Of a DNA stretch of 64,000 nt, positions 8,368-18,308 are shown in pieces (position 1 is the first letter of the stretch; the number at the start of each line of letters is the position of its first letter). The notes below the pieces were generated by a model. The model saw nothing but the letters and a program-made list of their open reading frames with translations, did no database searches and had not been told where the DNA came from. The DNA comes from Nitrospirales bacterium (lineage in GTDB: Bacteria; Nitrospirota; Nitrospiria; Nitrospirales; UBA8639), in assembly GCA_963555755.3 (NCBI GenBank), contig OY820905.2, positions 2,304,001-2,368,000 on the forward strand. The letters run 5' to 3'. A program made the translations under genes and the position numbers.

Positions 8368-11256
8368 CTACGGGCTATGGGCTTCTCCGTACTGTTCCTC
8401 GGTTTGTCTGAGGGCGGATTGTTGTATGGCCAAATGGATCATGGATTGGCGCAGTTCCTGACAGGTGTCTGGCCCTTCCCGAACGCAGGTACGTGCTAAT
8501 CCCCGCAGCATCGCGAGTTTGAAAATGTTCTCTGCCGTCGCATACGGCATTCCCCGCGTGGCAGTCTCGACGGCTCCAGCATAGTCTTTCTCTCCTACCA
8601 GTGCATGGGTTTTCATGAGATATAATGGGCCAGAATCTGGTTTGAGCTCCAGGGCACGATCAAGGTCTTCGAGGCCTTGCGGAACACGGTGAGCGGCCAG
8701 ATGGAGGCCAGCACGCATGGCATAGGCTGCGGCTTCTTCAGGTTTGAGCCGGATGGCGATATCGATATCGCTCAGGCTTTGATCCGGATTCTGTCCACCG
8801 GTGAGTCTACGGACTACAGCTGAAAGAAACAGCTCTGAAAGTGATTGACGATCTGGTGCTGTAAGTGAGTCGAACTCCTGGATGTGCCCCTCAAGAATGT
8901 GTACTCGAGTCAATGCAAGACGGACCGATTCGCTGGTTTGGGTTAGGGCGCTGACAGCATGTAAATCCCGAGCGGTCAGTTGATACAGTTCGAGTTCCAG
9001 TGCGGCCTCTGCGCGAAGCGACAGAGCATCTGCTCGGAACGGATTTTCTTGGAGGAGGCGAGTGGCAATGAAATAGGCATGGGCGTTGTGGCCTGCTGCC
9101 AGTTTTTGCGAGGCCTTCAGAAGGGGATTCTTCTCGGTTGAAGATGACTGAGGCGAGGCGGAGATGGCTTGGAGCCCTGTTCCAGCGACATGTCCAGACA
9201 ACATCTGGGCTTTCATTTCGGGCCGCTTAATGAAGCTCGTGAAGTGTGGTGATGCGACCGGCACCACCCATCCCATCGTCACACCCTGGGCCAAGTTTAC
9301 CCCGCCTGCTACGGTGACAGAGATGTTGCCCTGAACTTGTTTGTGGTGAAGGCCCTTGTAGGTTTGTGCAACTTTGGTTGGAGTCACCGGTAAATCAGCC
9401 AATGCGTCGAGAACTGGCAGATTGAGACCGGTCAATCGCCACAATGATGCCATGAGTGTGATATCCATCATGCCGTGCAATTCTCGAATGATTGGAAAAT
9501 TGGTTTCGAAGGCTGCGATGTTGGATGTGAAGGTGTCAGCCACGGTGCTTGCGAGGTTGTCGTGGGTACCGCGGCCAACCATCATCCCTCCGCGAACTAA
9601 CATGCCTTCCGTTTGTAGGATCACGCGGCTATCAAAGAGAAACAGATGCCCGTCTGGGGACGTGATGATGTCTCCCGCCTGCGGAGGGGCTGGTGTGAAC
9701 CAAAACCTGTTTAAGTTACTGCCCTGCTCTCCCCTTGATATCATCAAGTCAACCAGTGGGCGAAAACCCGGTACGGACACCCCGCGTCCCACCAGGGTGA
9801 CATACTTCATCTCATAGTCGGCATCGAGCAGGACCTTGGCAAACTGACTATCAAAGGGGATTCCTTGGACAATGGCTCGGTGTGGGCCAACCATGTCGTT
9901 TGGATCAGGTTCGAGGGAGACCATGGGTTCTGCACCACGACGCCAAACCGCATCTGTTCCGATAATGAGCTCGTCAATGGAGAGAGGTGTGCCCTCACCC
10001 TCGGAGCTACCCAGGAGTCGGACGTCCTGCTCGGTTTCATCGACCACATAGCCAAAGATGCGTCGTAAGGAACCCGGATACTTGAGCCGCTTTGGCAAGG
10101 TCGCCCAATCCGCGCGGTATTTCCCTGCCTCTGTTGTTAATTCCCGCAACGAGACGACCACAAGGTCGTCGAGGTCGCGCACTTTTCGTCCGCGCATCAA
10201 TAGGCGTGCAGCTTCTTCAGATGACCAATCAATGGTGGCGAATAAGGCTTCTTCATTGGTGGCCTGCAACATCTGGTTTTCGATCAGCAGGGGGGAGAGT
10301 CCTTTGCCCACTGCTGCCATGAGTGCATCCTGGTTGAAAGAAATCAGCACGCCCTTCGGCTTGATCTTGGGTTTATCTGAAACCGTTGGTGGAGGGGGGG
10401 CTCTTTTTTCAATGCGTCGGCTTGTCCGATATGTCCCTTGTCCTTCATTGTAGTAGCGGGTGGCGTCAAAGATACTTTCTTGACGTTTAAATGTCCCTGA
10501 CATGACTGGGGACTTTCGTGGAGATGGCGTGGCACCTGTCTGTTGCGTGCGCCCTGTTTCATAGGCCGCCCGGCCTACCTCATACGCAAGGCTGGCAAAT
10601 GGGTCATCAGTGTCTTCTGGGACAGACCCGGCCTTGAGCAACGGCGTCATATCCTGGTTAATCTTCATGAGATATCCACAGACTGTGTTTTGGCTACAAT
10701 CCGGGACTATGTTGGATTGGTTCGACAGTGTGTGTGGAGTGGTAGAGGCTTGGGTGCCGGTTGGTTGTTGTGCAACCTCTTGAATGTGTTCAATGACCCG
10801 ATTCCCAGCGGCCACATAGATTGCACGTTCTTCAGCAGTGCTCGCCTTCAATGCTTGCCTGGCGATCCATTCCCCCATGTCGTTGAGTTTGGCAATGTTT
10901 TTCTCTCTGGCAATGTGCGAGGTGACTTCTATGGGTAGTGGTTCAGTTGCGATGACCGGCGGTTGAGCTGGTGCCATTTCGCGGGGAGGTGTTTGAGGCT
11001 CAGTCAGGGTTGGTGCGGTGGTTGTGGGTTCCGTTGCCTGAGACGTATCCTCGATTGGCTGAGGCGGTTCATCCTGTTGTGACTTCGGATACAGAAAAAT
11101 GGGACGGCTCTTTCCCGTTTGTGGTAACTGAGTGTTAGGGTTTCCAGGAGGAGGGGTTGGCTCGTTCTCTGCCATCGCGAACCCACCGCACAGAGAAAAC
11201 ATGAGCAGGAGCATAGAGAACAATGTCGTCATAGTGTGATGTCGAATCCCGTTCAT
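8368..11256 (-). CDS. large exported protein with DUF1598-like domain and C-terminal TPRs
   Basis: Signal-peptide-like N-terminus, Pro-rich linker, GIPFDSQFAKVLLDADYEMK...NRFWFTP (DUF1598-like by recall), TPR-like helices (DLDRALELKPD). Confidence 0.7.
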   Translation of the reverse strand: MNGIRHHTMTTLFSMLLLMFSLCGGFAMAENEPTPPPGNPNTQLPQTGKSRPIFLYPKSQQDEPPQPIEDTSQATEPTTTAPTLTEPQTPPREMAPAQPPVIATEPLPIEVTSHIAREKNIAKLNDMGEWIARQALKASTAEERAIYVAAGNRVIEHIQEVAQQPTGTQASTTPHTLSNQSNIVPDCSQNTVCGYLMKINQDMTPLLKAGSVPEDTDDPFASLAYEVGRAAYETGRTQQTGATPSPRKSPVMSGTFKRQESIFDATRYYNEGQGTYRTSRRIEKRAPPPPTVSDKPKIKPKGVLISFNQDALMAAVGKGLSPLLIENQMLQATNEEALFATIDWSSEEAARLLMRGRKVRDLDDLVVVSLRELTTEAGKYRADWATLPKRLKYPGSLRRIFGYVVDETEQDVRLLGSSEGEGTPLSIDELIIGTDAVWRRGAEPMVSLEPDPNDMVGPHRAIVQGIPFDSQFAKVLLDADYEMKYVTLVGRGVSVPGFRPLVDLMISRGEQGSNLNRFWFTPAPPQAGDIITSPDGHLFLFDSRVILQTEGMLVRGGMMVGRGTHDNLASTVADTFTSNIAAFETNFPIIRELHGMMDITLMASLWRLTGLNLPVLDALADLPVTPTKVAQTYKGLHHKQVQGNISVTVAGGVNLAQGVTMGWVVPVASPHFTSFIKRPEMKAQMLSGHVAGTGLQAISASPQSSSTEKNPLLKASQKLAAGHNAHAYFIATRLLQENPFRADALSLRAEAALELELYQLTARDLHAVSALTQTSESVRLALTRVHILEGHIQEFDSLTAPDRQSLSELFLSAVVRRLTGGQNPDQSLSDIDIAIRLKPEEAAAYAMRAGLHLAAHRVPQGLEDLDRALELKPDSGPLYLMKTHALVGEKDYAGAVETATRGMPYATAENIFKLAMLRGLARTCVREGPDTCQELRQSMIHLAIQQSALRQTEEQYGEAHSP

Positions 11257-11258
11257 GG

Positions 11259-12190
11259 TTAGGCTATTTCTGGTGAGCAAGGAAATGTGATGTCCGGGCC
11301 GATCAGCGCCAGCCGCGTTTTCACCAATGCCTGATGTTCATCCACATGTTTTTTGTGGACATCAGCGAGGGCCTGTGCTTCGGCATGCAATGTGGTATCC
11401 CTGAGTTGATTGATGCGTGCCCAACTTGTGGCGTAGGCCGTGGCAGCGTAGGCATAGTTGATGGTGTAATCAGCCAGGCCCACGACTTGTAGCCCCTTCC
11501 CCACATTTTCTAATTGATCAGCGTATTGAGGGAGTGAGGCCACCACGTCAAGGCTCTTGAGGGCGCCTTTGATCATTTTTTCCACCATGTCCGCATCTGA
11601 TTTGGTGAGTGTGCCCAGTTGCACACTATTTTGTATGGCGCTGGCCACCTGGTACAGGTCGCGAACCGTCTCAAACTTTCCTGCCTTGACAAGTTCCTTC
11701 GCAGCCTCAGCACCCATCGCTTTTTTCAGGGAGTCGTAGATCGGTGACTTAGGAAACCAGATTTTTTTTAGATTGTCGGATTGAGAGCGGGAAAATTTGG
11801 CTGCTGTTTGAGCTTGATCGGCACCGAGAGCCAGTAACCCTCCGAGCAAGAGATCCAGACTCTCATCCATGGCTTTCTGGACCGCCTTATCAGATTGGTT
11901 GCGCCATTCCTCTAGGGCCTGAAAAAACCCGGGAAGGCGCGCGCGAAACTTTTCGATTTGCTGACGGTCCTGATCGATTTGAGCTTCAAGTTTGCAGATA
12001 TGTTCGTGCAACTCGAAAAGCTCTAGCGTTGGAGAACAATGGAAATTTTTTCATCCTCGCCGACTTTCTCAAAGCCTGGAGGACATTGTCCATATGCTGG
12101 TTCAACCGGTGTGATGGTGAGCATGGTAGTGAAGAGGGCAGTCGTAGCGAGATGGAGAACAGACCAATTGACATACGGACGTGTATTCAT
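11259..12190 (-). pseudogene. about 310-aa secreted coiled-coil protein with a single-base frameshift in an A6 run
   Basis: ATG at 12190 overlaps the upstream TGA (ATGA); MNTRPYVNW...AYGQCPPGFEKVGEDEK joins ORF 11259-12011 if one A is added at 12046-12051. Confidence 0.75.
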
Positions 12191-14298
12191 TGAATCGGCC
12201 TCCTTCCCCGCACCAAGATTGTGTGGAGCATGGTCTGAATGGTATGGCGCAGACTCTCGTATGTTGGGGCTTGGGTCCCGTAGATGGCCATGAGCCGTGT
12301 GCGGTTGAGACTGTTTAAGAAGAGATAATAACGCGTCATGCCTGGTTCACCCTGTTGCATCAACGTCAGCCCAATAGTGAGGTGGAGGGGGGCATCAGCC
12401 GCACGTCGTGCAATCAGATGATATTTTGGCCAAAGAAGGTTTGGCTTTGGGGAAACACCTTGTGTCTCGAAGGCTGAAATCTGCAGAGGTCCGACCGCGA
12501 ATTGCTCCATTTCGTGGAACTTGGTCTGACCCAAGCCCTCCAGGATGGCCCGGATGGTCAACGTATCGGGCGTGTGGCCTGCTTGGTCTAGAGCAAACAT
12601 GGCCTCGGGATAGGCTCGCATCGTCATGAATAGCGTGGCACGAAGTTGCGCAAGAAACCTTTGACCCTCATGAGTCAGGGGCGAAGTACGAGCCTGATAA
12701 TCTTCTAATCGCTCAGATGTCAGGAGAAAGATGTTCGAACCAAGATCGGTGCCGCGTTCAAATCCCAGCAGGGCGACAGAGGCTTCGAGAAGTTCTTTGA
12801 GGGTGCGCAATTCGTCGGGGCTATGGTCGAGCTGTGTCTCCAAGGTCCCTACCTGACGGAGCAATGTGTCATGTTGCCGCGCTTGTGCGACGAAGATTTC
12901 AGCGAGCTGCGCATCTCGTTTGTCACGCACGTGATTGAACCCTGCCCGGGCCGCTGTTTCGAGTTCTTTGTAGGGTTCGACATCATCATATATTTCTTGT
13001 GGAACCTGATCTGCCAGTTGTTCAATGAGTGTGAGTGCCTGCTGATAGGTTGCTTCGGACTTCTCATAGTCATCCATCACAACCAAGAGGTTCGCAAATC
13101 CGATCAGGGCCTTGGCCAGCTGCGCGTCTGCCACAGTGTTTTCTAACAGGGCAATGGTCTTTTGATAGAGTTGTGCGGCTTCGACCTGACGACCTTGGCG
13201 TCCGTATGTTCGAGCTAGATCCATCATGGTGGTAGTCATTGTAGGATCATTGGGTCCGTAATGTTTCTTCTCGAGGGCCAAGAGACGTTCATACACTTTG
13301 GCAGTTAAGTCCAGGACCTTATTTTGGGTCAGCCCTTCCCCCAGATTCTTCAGCAAAAAAATCCAGTAGTCGGAATTATCTTTATGTGGCAAGGCCTCGG
13401 TGATGAAGAGTCGCTCGATATTGCGCAAGACGTGTTTGGCTTCCGGATGCTCTTCTCCGAGGTTCCGACGCAGGAGGTCATAAGCCCGAAGGAAATTCCG
13501 TTGCGCCGACTCCATGCGGTCAATCATGACTTCAATGGAGGCAAGGTTGAGAAGAGCAGGAACGAGATCTACAGCAAGACTTCCAAAGAGATCTTCTCTG
13601 ACAAACAATGCCTGTTCGTAGAGATAGAACAACTCATCTAGGGTTACTTCTTGTCCATCCAAGATAGTTTCATGGGCCGACTGGTGCGGCGTGTCTGGGT
13701 GGTGCCGAATGATGTCCACCCCGCGGGAGTATAAGGAGTCAGCTTTCTTCACACGTTGTTGAAGGTCGTAGATGGCAGCCAGCTTTGTCAGGCTCAAGGT
13801 GACACGAAGGTCATTGGGACCGTAGGCAGACTCATGTAAGGAAAGGCTTTGGCCTTGTATCTTGATTGCCTCATCCAAACGGTTTTGCTGGACAAGGCTT
13901 TCTGCTAGAAGCTCGAAGACCGAGGCTCGTTGTGGATCCTCTACTCCAAATTCTTGGCTATAGACCTCAAGCACAAGTTGAGTGAGTTCCTCAGCCCGGT
14001 GTGGTCTAGCCCGCACGGTAATATATTTTTTCGCCAGATGGAGTGCGACTTCAGCATGCTCAAGGCTGTGAGCGCCGAACGTGTGTTCTGCACGTTCGAG
14101 AGCCCGTTCGCCCTCTTGAAGATCTTGATCCTCTCGTGGATCCACCATTTTGTGTGGGGTGTCATGGTGGCGCTCAGGAAACAACTCTGATTGTGCGTTC
14201 GGAATCAGGGTCCAGAAAGACAGGCACGTGAACATCACAAAGCCCCATAGCACCGGATGCTGTTGGGTCCTTACCACGACGATGGCTCCTTGCTCCAT
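12187..14298 (-). CDS. tetratricopeptide repeat protein (kinesin-light-chain-like TPR_10/12), exported
   Basis: Repeated units such as YGPNDLRVTLSLTKLA, LGEEHPEA, YGPNDPTMTTTMMDLA; N-terminal hydrophobic segment. Confidence 0.8.
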   Translation of the reverse strand: MEQGAIVVVRTQQHPVLWGFVMFTCLSFWTLIPNAQSELFPERHHDTPHKMVDPREDQDLQEGERALERAEHTFGAHSLEHAEVALHLAKKYITVRARPHRAEELTQLVLEVYSQEFGVEDPQRASVFELLAESLVQQNRLDEAIKIQGQSLSLHESAYGPNDLRVTLSLTKLAAIYDLQQRVKKADSLYSRGVDIIRHHPDTPHQSAHETILDGQEVTLDELFYLYEQALFVREDLFGSLAVDLVPALLNLASIEVMIDRMESAQRNFLRAYDLLRRNLGEEHPEAKHVLRNIERLFITEALPHKDNSDYWIFLLKNLGEGLTQNKVLDLTAKVYERLLALEKKHYGPNDPTMTTTMMDLARTYGRQGRQVEAAQLYQKTIALLENTVADAQLAKALIGFANLLVVMDDYEKSEATYQQALTLIEQLADQVPQEIYDDVEPYKELETAARAGFNHVRDKRDAQLAEIFVAQARQHDTLLRQVGTLETQLDHSPDELRTLKELLEASVALLGFERGTDLGSNIFLLTSERLEDYQARTSPLTHEGQRFLAQLRATLFMTMRAYPEAMFALDQAGHTPDTLTIRAILEGLGQTKFHEMEQFAVGPLQISAFETQGVSPKPNLLWPKYHLIARRAADAPLHLTIGLTLMQQGEPGMTRYYLFLNSLNRTRLMAIYGTQAPTYESLRHTIQTMLHTILVRGRRPIQ

Positions 14299-14573
14299 AG
14301 AGTGAGACTCATGGTGTCACTGGTCATGGTATGAGCAGTAGTGAAAAGGCTGAGAGGCGAAATAGCCAAGCTGCAGTGAGTGTGATGCATCCAGGATCTC
14401 CTCAGGTACAGCAATGACCTGCGCGGTGGTTCTCAAGCGCGTCCACGGTCGACGATGGCGAGCCGCTCAAAATTTTGTGTTCTCGGCAATGATGCTGATA
14501 AGTCTAATGAGCCTCGACCTGTAGGTACTAAACTATAGCACAATTAGTCATCGACAGGGGATACTCAGGGTTC

Positions 14574-14939
14574 GGTATTGTCAATTTAACGTGCTGCAAC
14601 CAAAATGGGACGTACCCGCCGAGCGATGGCATCGCCTCTTACGCGCATACCGCTTCCTGCCATACTTGGAACGCCTGAGTACGTATCAGACGATAGTTGA
14701 CCGCCTGCATGAGATGGCGGCCGAGACGAAAGAGATTCTGGGTGAGTCCGTGGAGCGTGAGAAACCGTTGAGCCTGAGTCGAGGAGGAAAACCCACGCAT
14801 GTGACGTTCCCGTTGGCGAGTCAGTTCGTGCGAGACTTCGGCTCGGTTGTTCGCATAAACCTGGTTGATGTGACTCACCGTCGGCATGATCGTCCGATGA
14901 GCGGCGTCATAGCTTCGGAATTTATCGGTGACCAACCCC
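14574..14939 (-). mobile_element. IS6-family remnant (C-terminal transposase fragment plus one IR)
   Basis: VTDKFRSY, NNRAEVSH, RGFSSSTQAQRFL; terminal ggtattgtcaattt. Confidence 0.8.
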
Positions 14940-15607
14940 ATTCTCCATAAGCTCCGCGCCGGCATGGTGCGCCCAGATCAGGATCGGATAGGCGGCAATG
15001 CCGGCGAGCACGTCGAAGCCGACGAAAGCGATGTCGGAGGGCGAACACACGGAAAAGGCCGGGGCGTCCACGATAAAGTCCTTGTCGCCACTGCCGTTGA
15101 GGTCCGCCAGCGAAAGCCTGGGACCAAGCGCGACAAGCGCAAGGGCGGGCGATACGCCGGTCGTGTCCGGCTCGCCGTTGTCCCTGACCGTAGCGCGAAG
15201 TCGCTTTGCAGCTTCGTGGAGGGATCGGTTACACCCGGCACAAAAATCGTCACTGATGACTGGGGTGGTTATGCCGGCCTCACCAAGCGTGGCTACGATC
15301 ACTTCACCATCGCCGAACGCGGCGATCCCCAGATTGCCGAAGAGTAGCTGCCGATCATTCATCTCGTCTTCGCTAATCTGAAGACATGGCTTACGGGAAC
15401 CCACCATGACGTCAGTCATCAACATCTACAGTCCTACCTCAATGAATTCACGTTTTGATTCAACCGCCGCTTCTACCCGTTCAACGCGTTCCGATCTCTG
15501 CTTGGGATCGCAGGAGATGTAGCGGCGCCAACTTATGCCGGACTTTATTCTGGCGAATGGACACACCCTAGTTGTTGCGTGTGAGGGTAACAACCGGATA
15601 GGCATGG
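14936..15607 (+). pseudogene. IS1595-family transposase fragment (5' truncated, internal stops) with right IR
   Basis: LHKLRAGMVRP, VEADES, TDDWGGY, EE*LPIIHL, SYLNEFTF*FNRR; end caaccggataggcatgg. Confidence 0.82.
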
Positions 15608-15613
15608 ATTGAA

Positions 15614-16701
15614 CCTTGCTTATCCTGTTTGCCCACCAACGTACTACCTATCGTAGGGTGGCCGTAGATACATGAGCGCAATGATCCCAAGCCCCGTTGT
15701 AAAGGCCTCGATACGTGGGGCCGGGCACCTTCAGGCCGATACCCAATAGGGAAGCGAAAGCCGGCAGCGGGTAAAAGCGACGGTTGAACCGGAATACGAA
15801 TTCATTCAGAGAGGCCGACAGGTGTTGCGTGCTGACGCTATGGTGAGTTCCCATCAGCCCAGTCGTCAGATTCGAGAAGGCGATGTGGATCATAGGGAGG
15901 TGGATATCGGGTTTCTCACGATCGCCATTGCGCACCATGGGCTCGTGCGCGTACCCCAATTGTGTCAGATTGTCGTAGCCGCCCCATCCGTCGGTGCGCA
16001 CCCTGGCGCCCGTGACTACGCTCTCCTGCACGAACCCCGTGAGCGGTTTGGCCCCGCGGTTTGGCACGAGACACAAGCGCAACCTTCCTGCGTAAACGGC
16101 TCGGTGGGGCTGTTTGCCATCAACGCCGAGCGGCCGAGGGCGAACTTCGATGGCACCAGCACCCATCGATTGATGGGGGACGCCCCGTCCTTTGCCCTTG
16201 GTGCGCCCCCCCACCAGCGTTTCAGCCACCGCGACTGGCCAATCTGCGCCAATCCGGTCGGGGTTGGGGCGAACCATGCCAGCGCGGAGCTTGTGGAGCA
16301 TCTGGAATGCGGTCTCGTAGCGAGTCAGCCCAAGCTGGCGCTGAAGCTGCACCGCAGACACGCCGGGCGTTTGCGTCGTCACCAGATACGCGCCCCAAAA
16401 CCACGCCTGCAAGGGCGTCCTTGTCGCAGGCATGACGGTGCCAGCGGTCAGCGCCACATCACTGTGGCAATGTCGGCATCGAATCATCCGTGGTCTCGTG
16501 ACGATGCGCTGCGCCTTGCTGCTCACGCCGCACGTTGGGCACGCAAATCCGTCCGGCCACCGGATGGCCTCAAGATAGGCCGCACACGCCATTTCGCTGG
16601 GACACATCTGTTGCAACGCAAGCAACGACTGGGGGTGGCGAATGTCCATGACGATCATACCCTCCCTATAGCGTGAGGGTGTGTCAACCGGATAAGCAAG
16701 G
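15614..16701 (-). mobile_element. IS1595-family element; transposase 15648-16649 with mutated catalytic motif
   Basis: IRs ccttgcttatcc / ggataagcaagg; VAVAET in place of VEVDET, ASLNEF in place of AYLNEF. Confidence 0.85.
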
Positions 16702-16844
16702 TTCCAACCATGGAACAGGGAAATTCTAAGTTGAAAATTCAAGAGGACGAAGAAGGCTTAAAAAACAACGCAGAGAGTGGAGGCAGAGTAATTTCCATTG
16801 AAAACGGTTGGCCATGCCAAGGCATATCCTCTGCACTCACCCCA

Positions 16845-18161
16845 GAGCTATTGTCAAATCTAGTGTCTGAAGCGTTGCTCACGCGGCGACTGGGTCCGTG
16901 GTTCTTTCTTCGATCCCATCAGTACAGTGAATGCCGGCGATGACTTTGGGCAACTCTCGGAATCCTCGCCATCGTCTCCACGTTTTCTCCGCACACTGTC
17001 CCAACTTAACCATCATGTGCAACATGCCATCTCGCGTGAGACATCCCGTTGTGCGGACCGTCCGATGCCGAATCGTTCCAACCGTCGATTCGATAGGATT
17101 GGTCGTCCGCAGACTCGGCCAATGGGCAGCCGGAAACGCAGAGCACAGCAGCAACTCCTCTCGATCTTTCTGCAAACAGGCCGGGGCCTTGGGATATTTG
17201 AGCTCATAGGTGTTGAGAAACAGGTCAACGGCTTGCTCCGCGAGTCCTTTGGTCTCAGACTGCCAGATGTCTTGTAAGGCTTGCTTGGCTTTCGAGTGCA
17301 CACTTTTCGGCAGCGCATTTAGGACATTCTGTGTCTTGTGGCACCCACAGCGGTGGGCGCGCGTACCGGGGAAGATTTCCTCCAACGCAGCCCAGAATCC
17401 TAGCGCCCCATCGCCAATGGCCACGGCCGGCGCGTTCAGGCCGCGGGCTTTCAGAGGCAACAGGACTTCCCGCCAACTTTGGGTGGACTCACGAATCCCG
17501 TCTTCCATCGCTAAGAGATGTTTCTCTCCGGAGGCATTCAGGCCGATCACGACCAATGCACACAAGCGCTGTTGCTCCGCGCGTACGCCACGGTAGATGC
17601 CAGCGACCCAGATAGAAACCCACTGGGCGGCATCGAGTCGCCGTTGTCGCCAGAGGGTCTACTCCTCCCGCCAGCTCTGCTTGAGCCGCGCCACCGTACT
17701 CGCGGACAGCCCCTTGGCCTCTGGGCCCACGAGGGCTTCCAGGGCCGGCTGCCTCTCCCCGGTGGAGATCCCTGTCAAGTACAACCACGGGATCGCCGCT
17801 TCCAAGCTGGCTGTCTTGCGTACAGACGGGGGAACCAGCGCCGAGTGAAACGTCACTGGAATGCCCTGGCCGCTGAGGACAACCCTCGCATGTCCCTGCT
17901 CATCCTGCTGCTCTCCATCGGCCGCCAAGAGCTCGGCCACCTCCGCTTTCAGGGCTTGCGCGAGAAGCTGTTGGGCGCCACTCCGAATCACATCTGTCAG
18001 TGCATCAGTCTTTCCTCGATCTTCTTGCTCTGGTTTGCTACATTCCTGCATCGTGGCGTCTCTCCTATGTGGTTGAGTTGGGGATGTTTTGCAACACCCA
18101 GTTCAACCCGAGACGCCGCGTGTTTTCAACTGATCCTAGACACTACTTTCAAGTATAACTC
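16845..18161 (-). mobile_element. IS256-family element; degenerate transposase 16879-18051 with in-frame TAG and internal deletion
   Basis: Ends gagctattgtcaaatctagtgtc / gacactactttcaagtataactc; GDGALGFW, RTTNPIES; both ORF pieces are in the same frame. Confidence 0.85.
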
Positions 18162-18308
18162 AAAAACTGAATAGGCAAAAAGGCTGTGCATTGAGCATGA
18201 AATGAGATCAATAAAGGAAGACAACTCGTAAAATCAGATAAAGTTTCATTGACTTCCTGCCGATCTCTAGATGAGTGGGTAAATGGAGTTCATTGAATAA
18301 ATACCAAC

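Noticed and set aside
17659..17661. Pyrrolysine or readthrough at in-frame TAG codons in transposases (also 15345-15347)
   Set aside because: Both fall at expected Tyr positions in otherwise degraded genes; TAT>TAG mutation is the simpler explanation.
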